From: Dehalococcoidia bacterium
GTDB lineage: Bacteria > Chloroflexota > Dehalococcoidia > Bin125
Direction of reading: 5' to 3'
Length of the DNA: 54,355 nucleotides
Assembly (NCBI GenBank): GCA_034428415.1
Contig: DAOUHS010000042.1
Coordinates: 1-54,355, forward strand
Shown here: positions 9,732 to 19,484 of the stretch, in pieces
Layout: every line of letters begins with the position of its first letter
How positions within the stretch are numbered: position 1 is the stretch's first letter
The notes under the pieces: model-generated
Told to the model about the DNA's origin: nothing
The model's input: only the letters and a program-made list of their open reading frames with translations
The model's database searches: none
Position numbers and translations under genes: made by a program

Positions 9732-11120
9732 TCAACTCTGGGCAGATTCTAGGCGTTCTGCGACCTCTCGCGCCCGCCTGGCCTGCGCTCGTGCGATGTC
9801 GCCACAGGCACCGGTATAGGCGGCGGGATCCAGCAGTGCGTCGAGTTCCTGCTCAGACAAATGGCGTCGTACTTCCTCGTCGCCAATCAGCAAGTCTCGG
9901 AACGAGACGGACTGCACTGCCGAGTCCTGCGCATGCTCGTAAACGATGTCGTGGGCCCGCTGCCGCCCGACCCGCTCACCCAGTGCAAGCATGATCTGCT
10001 CGCTCATGATCAGGCCGCCGGAGAGGTCGAGGTTCGCCCGCATTCGTTCGGGCTTCACGTCGATGCCGTCGAAGAGCAGAGACATCCTCGAGAGGATGTC
10101 GCCGACTAGCTCGATCGAGCCGTGGACGACGCGCTCAATCATGACGCTGGTCGATCCGTCCGCCTCGTGCTCGGTGCGCATGGCGTCGAGCGCCAGCGGG
10201 AACAATGTCGTGACCTGCGCCGATGCTGCGCGGATGTCCTGCGACAGCTTGGGATTGCGTTTCTGCGGCATCGTGCTGCTGCCGACGGTGCCTGGCGGGA
10301 CCGGCTCCTCGATCTCGCCGAATTCCGGTTTCATCAGCGTGTAGGTCTCGTCGGCAATCTTGCGGCACGTCGCCGCCAGCATGGCGAGGATTGCGGCGTA
10401 CTCGGCGTGGTGGTCATGGCTGGTGCGACCGGGAACGGGCATGGGCAGCAGGTCCAGGTGTTTGGCCATCCCTTCATGCACTGCGAATCCAGGCGCGCCG
10501 AACGAAGCCAGTGTGCCGGCAGCGCCGCCGAGCATCGCGACGAAGATGCGGGGTTCGGCGTCTTCCAGGCGCTCGACATGTCGGCAGAGCTCATCGATCC
10601 AGGCGCCGACCTTGTAGCCGAACGTGGCCGGGACTGCATGTTGTCCGTGTGTGCGTCCGGCGCAGGGATCATCGGCGTGGCGCTTGGCGAGCGGAGCCAG
10701 TGTCGCCAATACCTGTCCGAGCTGCCCAAGGATGATTTGGTGCGCCTCCCGCAATTGGAGGATGTCACCCGTCTGAGTGATGTTTTGCGTCGTCGCGCCC
10801 CAGTGCACATAGCCACCGACTTCTTCGCCGAGGATGCGGTCGAGATCCCAGATCAGCGGGACCAAGGGATGCGCCGTGACGGCCAGGCCGGCTTCGATGT
10901 TCTCAATATCAAGCAACTCGAGTCGACAGTGATTGGCAATCTCTACCGCAGCGTCGGCGGGAATCATGCCAAGTTCGGCTTCGGCCCGCGCGAGCGCGGC
11001 TTCCACGTCCAGCCATGCTTGCCACCGGGCTTCGCGCGTGAACAGAGCTCGAATGCCGGGGTCGGGGACTCGGGCGGCGGTCGGTCGATGTTGCATCGTC
11101 GGCTCCCTCACGTACGGCAA
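9732..11120 (-). CDS. Class II fumarate-lyase superfamily enzyme (adenylosuccinate lyase / 3-carboxy-cis,cis-muconate cycloisomerase-like)
   Basis: Contains the fumarate-lyase signature GSSTMPQKRNP plus TTQNITQTG and GRTHGQHA motifs. Confidence 0.85.
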   Translation of the reverse strand: MPYVREPTMQHRPTAARVPDPGIRALFTREARWQAWLDVEAALARAEAELGMIPADAAVEIANHCRLELLDIENIEAGLAVTAHPLVPLIWDLDRILGEEVGGYVHWGATTQNITQTGDILQLREAHQIILGQLGQVLATLAPLAKRHADDPCAGRTHGQHAVPATFGYKVGAWIDELCRHVERLEDAEPRIFVAMLGGAAGTLASFGAPGFAVHEGMAKHLDLLPMPVPGRTSHDHHAEYAAILAMLAATCRKIADETYTLMKPEFGEIEEPVPPGTVGSSTMPQKRNPKLSQDIRAASAQVTTLFPLALDAMRTEHEADGSTSVMIERVVHGSIELVGDILSRMSLLFDGIDVKPERMRANLDLSGGLIMSEQIMLALGERVGRQRAHDIVYEHAQDSAVQSVSFRDLLIGDEEVRRHLSEQELDALLDPAAYTGACGDIARAQARRAREVAERLESAQS

Positions 11121-11156
11121 GTAGGATCGGACTGCAAGCTAGCGAAGGAAGTCACT

Positions 11157-12371
11157 ATGGTTGCGCCGCTTGAGGGAATTCGTGTGGTCGAAGTGGCGAA
11201 TTGGCTCGCTGCGCCATCAGCAGCGGCGTTGATGGCGGATCTGGGCGCAGATGTGGTCAAGATCGAGAATCCAGTCGGCGACCCCTGGCGCACGACGCTG
11301 ATGCGCGGCCAGAAGGCCGACTTCGACCCGGAGACCGACATCGACGCGCCCTTCGAACTCGACAATCGCGGCAAACGCGGGTTCGCGCTCTCCTTGGAAC
11401 GGCCCGGCGCGAGCGAAGTCATGCGCCGCATGATTGAGCGCGCCGATGTGTTCATCACCAACCTCACCGGGCCCAGGATTGAGAAGTACGACCTGCCCTA
11501 TGAACGTCTAAAGCAGATCAATCCTCGTCTGATCTATGTCGTTCTGACCGGCTATGGAACCCGCGGAGTCGATCAGGCCAAGACCGGGTTCGACCACTCA
11601 GCCTTCTGGTCGCGTTCCGGGATCATGAGCCTGTTCGGTGAACCCGGCGGGCCGCCCATGCAGTGTCGTCCGGGCCAGGGAGACCATACAACCGCACTCA
11701 ACCTCCTCTCCGGGACGCTTGCCGCGCTGCGCCTGCGCGACCTCACCGGCGAGGGGCAGCGGGTGGAGGTCACACTCCAGCGCACCGGTGCGTGGACAAT
11801 TGGCGCGGATGTGTCTGCGGCGCTGATCACCGAGCGCCAGCCAAAGCGGATGGACCGGATCGTTCCCGGAAATCCGCTCTTCAACTGGTACGAAACCGCC
11901 GACGGACGTTGGGCGATGCTTGTCATGCCAACCCCCGACCGCCACTGGGCGCCGATCTGCCGCGCACTGGAGCGCGAGGACCTGCTGGCCGACGACCGCT
12001 ACGCAACACTGGTCGACCGGCGCCGGCACAGCGCCGAACTGACCGCTCAGATCGCAGACACAATGCGCACACGGACGCTGGCCGAATGGACGCCGCGCCT
12101 CGACGCGGAGACTCTGATCTGGGCTCCGGTGGCCGAGCTTCCCGAGGTGATCGCGGATCCGCAGATGGAAGAGATGGATGCGTGGTCGTGGCTCGAAAGC
12201 GCGCAAGGACCGTTCCGTACGTTGAACACCCCGTTTGAGATCGCGGGCGCGGATATCGGACCTCGTGGCCCGGCTCCGAAGACCGGTCAACATACGCACG
12301 AGGTGCTGCAGGAGCTTGGCCTGACGGATGATGAGTTGGCCGATCTCGCCGCCTCAGGCGCGCTCGGTTGA
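11157..12371 (+). CDS. Family III CoA-transferase (CaiB/BaiF family)
   Basis: The start was chosen at the internal ATG (MVAPLEGIRVVEVANWLAAPSAAALMADLGADVVKIENP), the canonical family III N-terminus. The upstream part of ORF 10122.. is antisense to the lyase gene. Confidence 0.9.
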   Translation: MVAPLEGIRVVEVANWLAAPSAAALMADLGADVVKIENPVGDPWRTTLMRGQKADFDPETDIDAPFELDNRGKRGFALSLERPGASEVMRRMIERADVFITNLTGPRIEKYDLPYERLKQINPRLIYVVLTGYGTRGVDQAKTGFDHSAFWSRSGIMSLFGEPGGPPMQCRPGQGDHTTALNLLSGTLAALRLRDLTGEGQRVEVTLQRTGAWTIGADVSAALITERQPKRMDRIVPGNPLFNWYETADGRWAMLVMPTPDRHWAPICRALEREDLLADDRYATLVDRRRHSAELTAQIADTMRTRTLAEWTPRLDAETLIWAPVAELPEVIADPQMEEMDAWSWLESAQGPFRTLNTPFEIAGADIGPRGPAPKTGQHTHEVLQELGLTDDELADLAASGALG

Positions 12372-12402
12372 TCGATGATGGAAGAGGGCCGGACGGTGGA
12401 TC

Positions 12403-13551
12403 GTGAGTGAAGAGCTCGACCTCATCGTGCAGGCAGTCCGCCGGTTTGTGCGGAAAGAGATTTGGCTGCAAGAGAATCGGGTCGAGCCGAACGCGCCGCG
12501 CCTGCCCGACCGCGTGTACGGGCAGCTTCTGGCTCGGGCTGGTGAACTGGGGATCGATCATCTGATGGCGCCGCGCGATGCCGGGGTGGGACCCGAGATC
12601 GACTTGGCGGACGCGGATCGGCTGCGGATTGCGGAGGAACTGTCGCAGCACCGCGCCGGAGTCTTGGATCCTGCCTACGGCCTGTTCGATCCGGATCCAC
12701 CGCCGCAGCTCTATGCAGCCAACGATGATCAACGCGGGCGCTTCCTCGCCCCGTTGCTTCGTCGCGAGACGACATGTTTTCGCGGGCTTGAAGATCCTGA
12801 CCTGGGGTTTCTGCCGCTCGACGGGGTCCGGATTCGCGCGCAGCGCCATCCGCAGGGATGGATGCTGGATGGGACCAAGCTGTTCGTTGCCGACGCGGCG
12901 GAGGCGGCCTTCGGGATCGTCTATGCGAATACAGAGCAGGTCCCCGGCGAGAGGCACGGGGTGTCCGCGATCCTGGTGGAGACGGAGCGGGAGGGATTTC
13001 AGCATTGGCGGGCCTGGCCGACCCTGGCCGTGGGGCGCGACACGATGGAACTCAATCTCTCGGCCGTGAAGGTGCCGGAGTCCAACCTGCTGGGAGAGCC
13101 GAGTGAGGGACCCTCTTTCGCCAATGACCTGGTCCTGCGGCGTCGGCTGTTCAGGGCCGCACATCTGACGGGCGTTGCTTGTGCGGCGCAAGACATGTGC
13201 CGGGCGGTGGTCTGGTCGCGGCGCGAGCATGGGACGCCGCTGGCGCAGGGCGAACGTGCGAGGCTTGCACTTGCCGACAATGAGATCGCCGTTTCCGCTT
13301 CGCGCGCGCTGTATCTCTCGGCGGCGGATGAGACGGAGACTCTCGCGCTGGCGGCGACTGCGTTTGCGGCGGAAGCGGCGTCAGCGGTCGTGGAGCGGGC
13401 GATGGACTTGCACGCGCCGGCGGGCGGTTCGGCCGATCTGCCGCTGGAACGATGGGCCAGGGAGCTTCGCTGGCAGCGACTGAGCGCGGGCGGCCCCGAC
13501 CAGGAGCGTCTGGCGGTTGCGCAGCGGTTGATCACGACGTTCAAGAAGTGA
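12403..13551 (+). CDS. Acyl-CoA dehydrogenase family protein (divergent)
   Basis: Length (382 aa) and layout fit the ACAD family: an N-terminal helical region, a middle segment (GWMLDGTKLFVADA...), and a C-terminal helical bundle. Confidence 0.7.
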   Translation: MSEELDLIVQAVRRFVRKEIWLQENRVEPNAPRLPDRVYGQLLARAGELGIDHLMAPRDAGVGPEIDLADADRLRIAEELSQHRAGVLDPAYGLFDPDPPPQLYAANDDQRGRFLAPLLRRETTCFRGLEDPDLGFLPLDGVRIRAQRHPQGWMLDGTKLFVADAAEAAFGIVYANTEQVPGERHGVSAILVETEREGFQHWRAWPTLAVGRDTMELNLSAVKVPESNLLGEPSEGPSFANDLVLRRRLFRAAHLTGVACAAQDMCRAVVWSRREHGTPLAQGERARLALADNEIAVSASRALYLSAADETETLALAATAFAAEAASAVVERAMDLHAPAGGSADLPLERWARELRWQRLSAGGPDQERLAVAQRLITTFKK

Positions 13552-14734
13552 TGTCCGGCAAGGGATCCAACGCGGCCGATGCGATTACTTCGAGGCCGCG
13601 CGGCGTGATCGGTGGATTGTGCAACGGGCCTCGGACATCGCGGTAGAAGCGCTCCAAGGGCTCGGAGCGGTGCAGGGAGATGCCGCCGACGAGCCGCATG
13701 CAGCGATCGACGACATCGACGGCGGTATCGCCGGCGTGCAGCTTGGTCGCGGCGACTCTGGGACCCAGCTTGAAGCGCGACTTGGCGTCGATCTTGTCCC
13801 AGGCCGACGCGGTCTCGTGGAGCAGTGCGCGTGCGGAGATGAGACGCAGATCGATTTCTCCGACCTGCGCGCGGACGGTCGGCAGGCTACCGATCGCGCC
13901 TGGAGCGCCGGCCGGGCGGCGATTGCGGGCGAACTCGACGGTGTAGTCGCGGGCTGCTTCGGCGACGCCAAGCGAGGCCGCCGAGACGAGGAGAGCGAAC
14001 CAGGCGAAGTCGCCGTGGCGCTGTCCGGCCTTGGCCGGGTCCTGCTTGACGAGGAACTCGTCATCGGTGATGGCGACGTTCTCGTACCAGACGTCGTGCG
14101 AGCCGGTCGAGCGCAGCCCGACGACATCCCAGGTTTCCTCGATCCGGAGCCCCGGCGAGTCACGGTGCACGGCGACGCGGGCCAACATGCCGGAGCCGTC
14201 TTCGAGCGCGCAATAGGTGAGGAACCAGGTCAGGTCGGGCGCGAGGGTCGTGAAGGATTTGCGCCCGTTGATGCGCCAGCGCCCCGGTCCGTCCGGGGTC
14301 AAGGCGGTCTGCGGTCGTCCGCCGCCCTGTGGCGAGCCGAGGTCGGGCTCGCTGGCGACCTGATTGCAGAGCGCTCCTTCTTGCACGACGGAGCGGAAGA
14401 TGCGATCGCGGATCTGTTCGGGCCAGTTCAGATTCGAGCGCTCGGAGCCGACGGACATCAGATGCATGCCGCAGGAGAAGGCGAGCGGCATGTCGATCCT
14501 GGCGAGGGCGGTCTGGGCTGCGACTAGATCGGCGAGGGAGCATTCGCCACCGCCGTACCGGCGAGGGATCGGCGCGGCGATCCAGCCGATCTCGCGCAGG
14601 AGGGCGAAGGAGGCAAAGGGAAAGCCGGCGTCGCGGTCGCGGGCCTCTGCCTGTTCGGCGAGCGATTCGATGTGTGGCGCGAGCCGCTCGATCAGCGCCT
14701 GTCCGGCGTCATGCGATGGCGGGAGGGGCGGCAT
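13541..14734 (-). CDS. Acyl-CoA dehydrogenase family protein
   Basis: GRWRINGRKSFTT in the middle beta domain and a C-terminal four-helix-bundle-like region. It overlaps the preceding ACAD gene convergently by 11 nt. Confidence 0.75.
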   Translation of the reverse strand: MPPLPPSHDAGQALIERLAPHIESLAEQAEARDRDAGFPFASFALLREIGWIAAPIPRRYGGGECSLADLVAAQTALARIDMPLAFSCGMHLMSVGSERSNLNWPEQIRDRIFRSVVQEGALCNQVASEPDLGSPQGGGRPQTALTPDGPGRWRINGRKSFTTLAPDLTWFLTYCALEDGSGMLARVAVHRDSPGLRIEETWDVVGLRSTGSHDVWYENVAITDDEFLVKQDPAKAGQRHGDFAWFALLVSAASLGVAEAARDYTVEFARNRRPAGAPGAIGSLPTVRAQVGEIDLRLISARALLHETASAWDKIDAKSRFKLGPRVAATKLHAGDTAVDVVDRCMRLVGGISLHRSEPLERFYRDVRGPLHNPPITPRGLEVIASAALDPLPDITS

Positions 14735-14763
14735 TGTCGGATCGGGCGGGTCGGAGAATGGGA

Positions 14764-15081
14764 CTAGAGAACGTCGCGGAGGCGCTTGAGCGCGCGAACC
14801 CTGACCTTGCCGCGGTCGAGCGCGGGGCGTGCGGCGATGGCGATGGTCTCTCCGGTGGCCGGGTTGCGGCCTTCGCGCTCGGGCCGAGCGGTCTGGGCGA
14901 CAACGTCGACTTTGATCAGTCCGGCGACGGTGGCGGAGCCGGGACCACCGACGGCGAGGTCTTCCAGCACGACTTCGGCGAGCGCGTCGAGCACCTCATT
15001 GACATCGCGACTGGCGATGTTGGTCTTGGCTTCGATCGCCTTGGCCATCTGCGCTTTGGTCTTTGGCTTGGCGTCATTCAT
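14764..15081 (-). CDS. hup: HU/IHF-family nucleoid-associated DNA-binding protein
   Basis: Motifs KAQMAKAIEAKTNI...V.EVLDAL and the arm ARPEREGRNPATGETIAIAARP. 105 aa. Confidence 0.9.
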   Translation of the reverse strand: MNDAKPKTKAQMAKAIEAKTNIASRDVNEVLDALAEVVLEDLAVGGPGSATVAGLIKVDVVAQTARPEREGRNPATGETIAIAARPALDRGKVRVRALKRLRDVL

Positions 15082-15238
15082 ATTCGTGCCTCATTTCGAG
15101 CTGTCCGTGAACTCAGGTCCGCTCTTGATTGTTTACACAGTGTTATGGCCAACCCCTCAAGGGGCAAGATGCGGAGCGGCGCTCGTTGCGTCGTCGTTAC
15201 AGATCGGCTGCGACGGGCATTCGACTCGGTTCAGGGCC

Positions 15239-15979
15239 TTAGCCGGCGGCTTCGGCGTAGATTGGGGTTGGGTCTTCCGGTTGGTGGGTTCCTGCGCTGG
15301 TGAATTGGTCGAGGAAGTCGAGGATTTGCCGCTGCGACCGGCCTTTGAGGTGGGGGAAGATGTGGACGGCTTCGTTGAGCACGTCCTGCATCGTGGGCGA
15401 TGCGGCGGGTTGAGCGGGTTCGGGGGGAATGTTTTCCTGTTCGGCCTCTGCCGGGACGATCTCCCGCTCTGGACTGGAGATCGTCGCTTCGGGGTGAGTG
15501 GTGTTGAGTGATTCCGGGGTGTGATTTGTCAGGTTTTGCGAGGTCGAGGTCTCGAGGGCGGCCTCGTCCTGCTCGAGGAGCTCGGGTAGGTCGGGCTCGT
15601 CGACGCGCTGGCCGGCGCGGTGTTGGACCTCGCGGACGGTGCGGCGGATCTCGCGGGCCAGGGCGGTGAGCCGGGTCTCCCGGGCGTCGCGGGCGCGGAG
15701 GTAGTCGACCGGGGTGAGCAGGTGAGCGTTGTCCTTGACCCGGTCGTGCTGGAGCGCGCGCGTGAGCCGGACCTGGAGCAGGTGCAGCGATTGGAGCAGC
15801 AGGTCGTCGGCTGCGGCTGATGCGATCCGGCTCCAGTGCGACTCGGCCAGCTGGAGGTCGGCGCGCACGGTGGCCTGGGAGATGTCGAGTGCTTTGCCGA
15901 TCTTGCGTTGGGCCAGACCGCGCTGGCGGAGGGAGTGGACCTGGAGGACGCGCTGACGGCGGGAGGGGGTGATGGTCAT
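15239..15979 (-). CDS. Hypothetical protein with N-terminal helix-turn-helix
   Basis: RQRGLAQRKIGKALDISQATVRADL resembles a homeodomain or sigma region 4-like HTH. A coiled region and a Pro/Glu/Thr-rich linker follow. AAGGAAAGGA RBS. Confidence 0.6.
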   Translation of the reverse strand: MTITPSRRQRVLQVHSLRQRGLAQRKIGKALDISQATVRADLQLAESHWSRIASAAADDLLLQSLHLLQVRLTRALQHDRVKDNAHLLTPVDYLRARDARETRLTALAREIRRTVREVQHRAGQRVDEPDLPELLEQDEAALETSTSQNLTNHTPESLNTTHPEATISSPEREIVPAEAEQENIPPEPAQPAASPTMQDVLNEAVHIFPHLKGRSQRQILDFLDQFTSAGTHQPEDPTPIYAEAAG

Positions 15980-16075
15980 GGATGTTCCTTTCCTTAGATG
16001 GTACTTCTGTTCTGTTCGACTATAGGCGATAGAGAATGGGCGTTCGCTGTTGTTTCATTCATTGACATAAGGGAA

Positions 16076-16120
16076 CACTCACCCCAACCGTCTCCGAGAG
16101 GGAGGGGGGAGAGAGAGGGA
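16076..16120 (-). repeat. REP-like stem-loop repeat, inverted-orientation diverged copy of the family at 37263, 38498 and 42391
   Basis: cactcaccccaaccgtctccgagagggaggggggagagagaggga aligns to the reverse complement of the family consensus (ccctcaccctagccctctcccagagggagagggg). It sits immediately after the stop codon of the 16122 gene. Confidence 0.55.
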
Positions 16121-16121
16121 G

Positions 16122-19100
16122 TCAGGCGGCGAGGCGGAGGGCTCCGTGCAGCTCGATGCGACGGAGGAACCAGAGGAATGCGGCGAGGTTGAGGGCGAAC
16201 AGTGCGGAGAGCGCGGCGAAGAGGATGCCGACGGCGGGCCAGTCGATGATGAACGCGAGCGGGGGCACGACGTCGCGTCCGTCGGGGGTGAGCGCGAAGA
16301 AGTCGAGCAGGACGGCGCCGGCCTGGCTGCCGACGATCAGGCCGGCGCCGAGTCCGATCGCGATGATGATCAGCTGTTCCAGAGCGATCAGACCGAGGAT
16401 TTGGCGCATGCTCATGCCGACGCTCTGGCAGACGGCGAATTCGACGCGCCGGGCCTGGGCGGTGACGGCGGTGAGCACGACCAGCCCGAAGGCCGATGCG
16501 ATGGCGACGGCGGCGAGCGCGCCGATGAAGACGCCGTTCCAGGAGGCGACGATCAACGGGTCGGCAGCGAGTTGTTCGCGGGCGGTCTCGATCGTGGTGA
16601 TGCCCGAGCCTTCGGTGGGGAACTCGCGATCGACCAGCAGTTGCGACCAGCGGCGGAGCGGTGCCGAGACCCAGAGTTCATCGGTGACGGCGAGGGCGAC
16701 GCCGGCGGCGGCGCTGCTGAAGAAGCGTTGGGTCAAGGCGGCGCGATCGATGAGCACCAAGGGTTGGTCGCGTTGCGGGTCGTAGGTGGGGAAGGCGTCG
16801 AATTGTCCGGCGAGGTAGAAGCGCATCGAGGTGGGACCGACGCGAATGCGCACGGTCTCGCCGACCTGCAACCGTCCCTGGTTGATCGCCTCGGCCGACA
16901 ACAATGCGGGCAGCGGTGTTCGGTCGCCGACGTAGCGGACGCCGCGCAGCGAAGCGGGAATCGCGTTCCAGCGGTAGCGAGCGCCTTCGGGGTCGATACG
17001 GAAGAAATCGAGCGGCTCTTCGCCGACTTCGAGGGGGGTTGCTTCCCAGTCACCGGAGGTGAAGTCGGCGAGCAGGAGGTCGTCGCCCCAGCGCTCGTAG
17101 CGGAGCTCGTGGAGAACGATTTCACCGGGCGCGCGGGTCAAGGCGAGATCGAGGGAGATCAAGGTCAGGGGGGCGACCGGTCGCTCGCTGACGCCCGGCC
17201 GGAACCTGCTCTGGCGCTGGACGATCCGTGCGCCTTCAAGGGGCAGGAGGGCGCTGGCTTGATCGGTGAGTCGGGTGGACAGGGTCAGGGAGCGGGTCTC
17301 ACCATCCTGTGGAATCGGGGCCAAGAGATCGATGGTGTACCACCAGTAGCGTTGGTTGGCGTCGAGCAGCTTGACTCCGATGGCGGTTTCTTGCTGCACG
17401 GCGATCGCGTCGAGGCGCAACCGGAGGACACCGCCGAAGTCGTCGATGACAGCGCCCGCGGGGTCACTGAGCGGCGTCGCTATTGCAGCGAGTTCTTGGG
17501 GCGGCAGCGCCCAGTCGGCGTCTCGCTCGGCCAGTTGCCCGGCGACGATTTCCGCATCGAGGGCGGTGATCAGCAGTTTGCCCGAACTCTCATCTCCGTC
17601 GAAGGAGCCGGCGATCCGCTTGACGCGCGCGACCGACTGTCCGGTGGTCTGCTCGATCTGTTCGAAAGGAATGGCCTCGGAATGCGGTTCCTCCAAGCGC
17701 ACCGAGGCGCCGACGGCGTGCAGGGAACGGTCGTTGTAAGAGGTGTCGAGGGTTGTGCGGAACGAAGCGGCGAAGACTGCGAGTGCGCCGGCGATGGTCA
17801 GCAGCAAGACCGTGCGGGCGTAGTGGGTGGGCGTGCGACCGAGGTACCAGGCGCCCATGAGCAGGGTGAGCGAGCGCCAGGGTGAGGCGAGCCGCGCGAG
17901 CAGGCGCATGGCCGGCGGGAAGAGGCGGAGCACGATCAGGCCGACGACGAAGAGCAGCACCGTGGGTGTAGCGACGGCTAACCAGTCGAGCCGGGTCTCG
18001 CCGACCAGGGGTGAATCGATCGGGTCTCCGGCCCATTGCAGTTCGAAGATCAGCAGCGCGCCGAGCGCGGCGACGGCGGCGTCGATGAGGGCGCGCTGGG
18101 TCCAAGATGCCGGTGGACGGCCGCGCTCGCGACGGGTCGTGACCATCGTCTGACGGGTGGCGCGGTAGGTCGGCAAGGCCTGGGCGATCAGGGCCAGGGC
18201 TCCGGCGCCGAGGGCGAGGTACCAGGCTTCGATGGGCAGCGGGACGGGCAGGAAGGGACCGGCGCCGGTACCGGCCAGGGCCTCGTCGAAGGGCGGGACG
18301 AATCCCAGCAGGCTGACCAGTCCCAAGCCGATCAAGGGTCCCAAGGCGATCGCCGGCGCGGTCAGGATTGCCGCTTCGACGATGTGCAGGACAGCGACGT
18401 CGCGCTGTCGAGCGCCCCGAGAGCGGAGCCAGGCGGTGTCCTCGGTGCGTTGCTCGGCGAGCATCGCCGCCGCGACGACGGCGTAGACCAAGACGGCGCC
18501 GACGAGTTGCAGGACGATCATCAAGAGGGTCGACTGGGCGAACTGGAAGCGGCGGCTGAAGCCGACCAACGTGTCGACCAGCTCGGTCTCCTGCTGCACG
18601 CCGTCGATTGATTGGGCGATGCGCCTGGTCATCTGTTGGAGCGAGTCGGCGGCGGCGGACGCCTCGGCTGCCGATGCGGCGCGCAGGTCGGTGCGGAATC
18701 GCTGGAACAGCGACAGCCTGAGGGTGGGCGACTGGTCGGCGAGGATGCCGAGGATGCCCTCGCGTGTGGTCCAGAAGCGGAGTTCGGTGTCGAGCGCGGC
18801 GATCGGCAGGAAGAGGCTGTCGAGGGTGGACCAGCGACGTTCGTCGGTCGACGGTTCGATGATGCCGACGATCCGGATGCGGGTCTCGTGCTCGGTCCCG
18901 AGCCAGAAGGGCTGGGCGAGGCGCTCGTCTCCGAGTTCGAGGCCGAAGTCTCGCGCCTGGCCTCGCTCGATCATCACTTCCAGGGTGCCGCTCGCGGGTT
19001 CGGGAGTTCGGCCGGCGATGACTTCGGAGAGATCAGCGAGGTCGCTCTGGGCGACGAAGGTGGCGTGGTCGGCCTCGGGAGGATCAAACGGCTGGTCGTC

Positions 19101-19484
19101 GGTGCGCAGGATGTATCCGCCGGTTCGCAGGGCGGTCATGGCGCCGACGGTCAGCGCTGAAGCGGCGCTGCCAACCTCTTGATTGATCAAGGATTCGACA
19201 TCGTCAACCGACTCCTCGGCTGCGGTCAGGTTGGTCTGGTTGAAGCGCAGGTCGAGCGCGGCGGGGTCGGCGTCGGCCAGGGTCTGGCGGAGTCCGAGGT
19301 CGCGGACGGCGTCGATGAAGATGGGCGCGCTGCTGGCCAGGCCGACGGCCAGCAATGCGCCGAGCAGGAGGACCGCGGAGAGCTTGGGCGCGGAGGCGAT
19401 GCGGCGGAGCGCCAGTCTGGCGAGTTCGCGGGCTGTTTCGCCGCGCGCCGATTCGCCGGGTGGCGTGGGAGCGCGTTGCGCCAT
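16122..19484 (-). CDS. Giant FtsX-family ABC-type permease (YbbP-like duplicated FtsX, 1120 aa)
   Basis: Two FtsX 4-TM modules (around LRSRGARQRDV and CQSVGMSMRQILGL), each preceded by a large extracytoplasmic domain. The start overlaps the stop of the upstream paralogue (TGATG). Confidence 0.85.
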   Translation of the reverse strand: MAQRAPTPPGESARGETARELARLALRRIASAPKLSAVLLLGALLAVGLASSAPIFIDAVRDLGLRQTLADADPAALDLRFNQTNLTAAEESVDDVESLINQEVGSAASALTVGAMTALRTGGYILRTDDQPFDPPEADHATFVAQSDLADLSEVIAGRTPEPASGTLEVMIERGQARDFGLELGDERLAQPFWLGTEHETRIRIVGIIEPSTDERRWSTLDSLFLPIAALDTELRFWTTREGILGILADQSPTLRLSLFQRFRTDLRAASAAEASAAADSLQQMTRRIAQSIDGVQQETELVDTLVGFSRRFQFAQSTLLMIVLQLVGAVLVYAVVAAAMLAEQRTEDTAWLRSRGARQRDVAVLHIVEAAILTAPAIALGPLIGLGLVSLLGFVPPFDEALAGTGAGPFLPVPLPIEAWYLALGAGALALIAQALPTYRATRQTMVTTRRERGRPPASWTQRALIDAAVAALGALLIFELQWAGDPIDSPLVGETRLDWLAVATPTVLLFVVGLIVLRLFPPAMRLLARLASPWRSLTLLMGAWYLGRTPTHYARTVLLLTIAGALAVFAASFRTTLDTSYNDRSLHAVGASVRLEEPHSEAIPFEQIEQTTGQSVARVKRIAGSFDGDESSGKLLITALDAEIVAGQLAERDADWALPPQELAAIATPLSDPAGAVIDDFGGVLRLRLDAIAVQQETAIGVKLLDANQRYWWYTIDLLAPIPQDGETRSLTLSTRLTDQASALLPLEGARIVQRQSRFRPGVSERPVAPLTLISLDLALTRAPGEIVLHELRYERWGDDLLLADFTSGDWEATPLEVGEEPLDFFRIDPEGARYRWNAIPASLRGVRYVGDRTPLPALLSAEAINQGRLQVGETVRIRVGPTSMRFYLAGQFDAFPTYDPQRDQPLVLIDRAALTQRFFSSAAAGVALAVTDELWVSAPLRRWSQLLVDREFPTEGSGITTIETAREQLAADPLIVASWNGVFIGALAAVAIASAFGLVVLTAVTAQARRVEFAVCQSVGMSMRQILGLIALEQLIIIAIGLGAGLIVGSQAGAVLLDFFALTPDGRDVVPPLAFIIDWPAVGILFAALSALFALNLAAFLWFLRRIELHGALRLAA

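Noticed and set aside
10122-11156. N-terminal 345 codons of the 749-aa ORF 10122..12371
   Set aside because: This part is antisense to the well-supported lyase gene and is Arg/Gly-rich noise. The canonical CoA-transferase N-terminus begins at the ATG at 11157.
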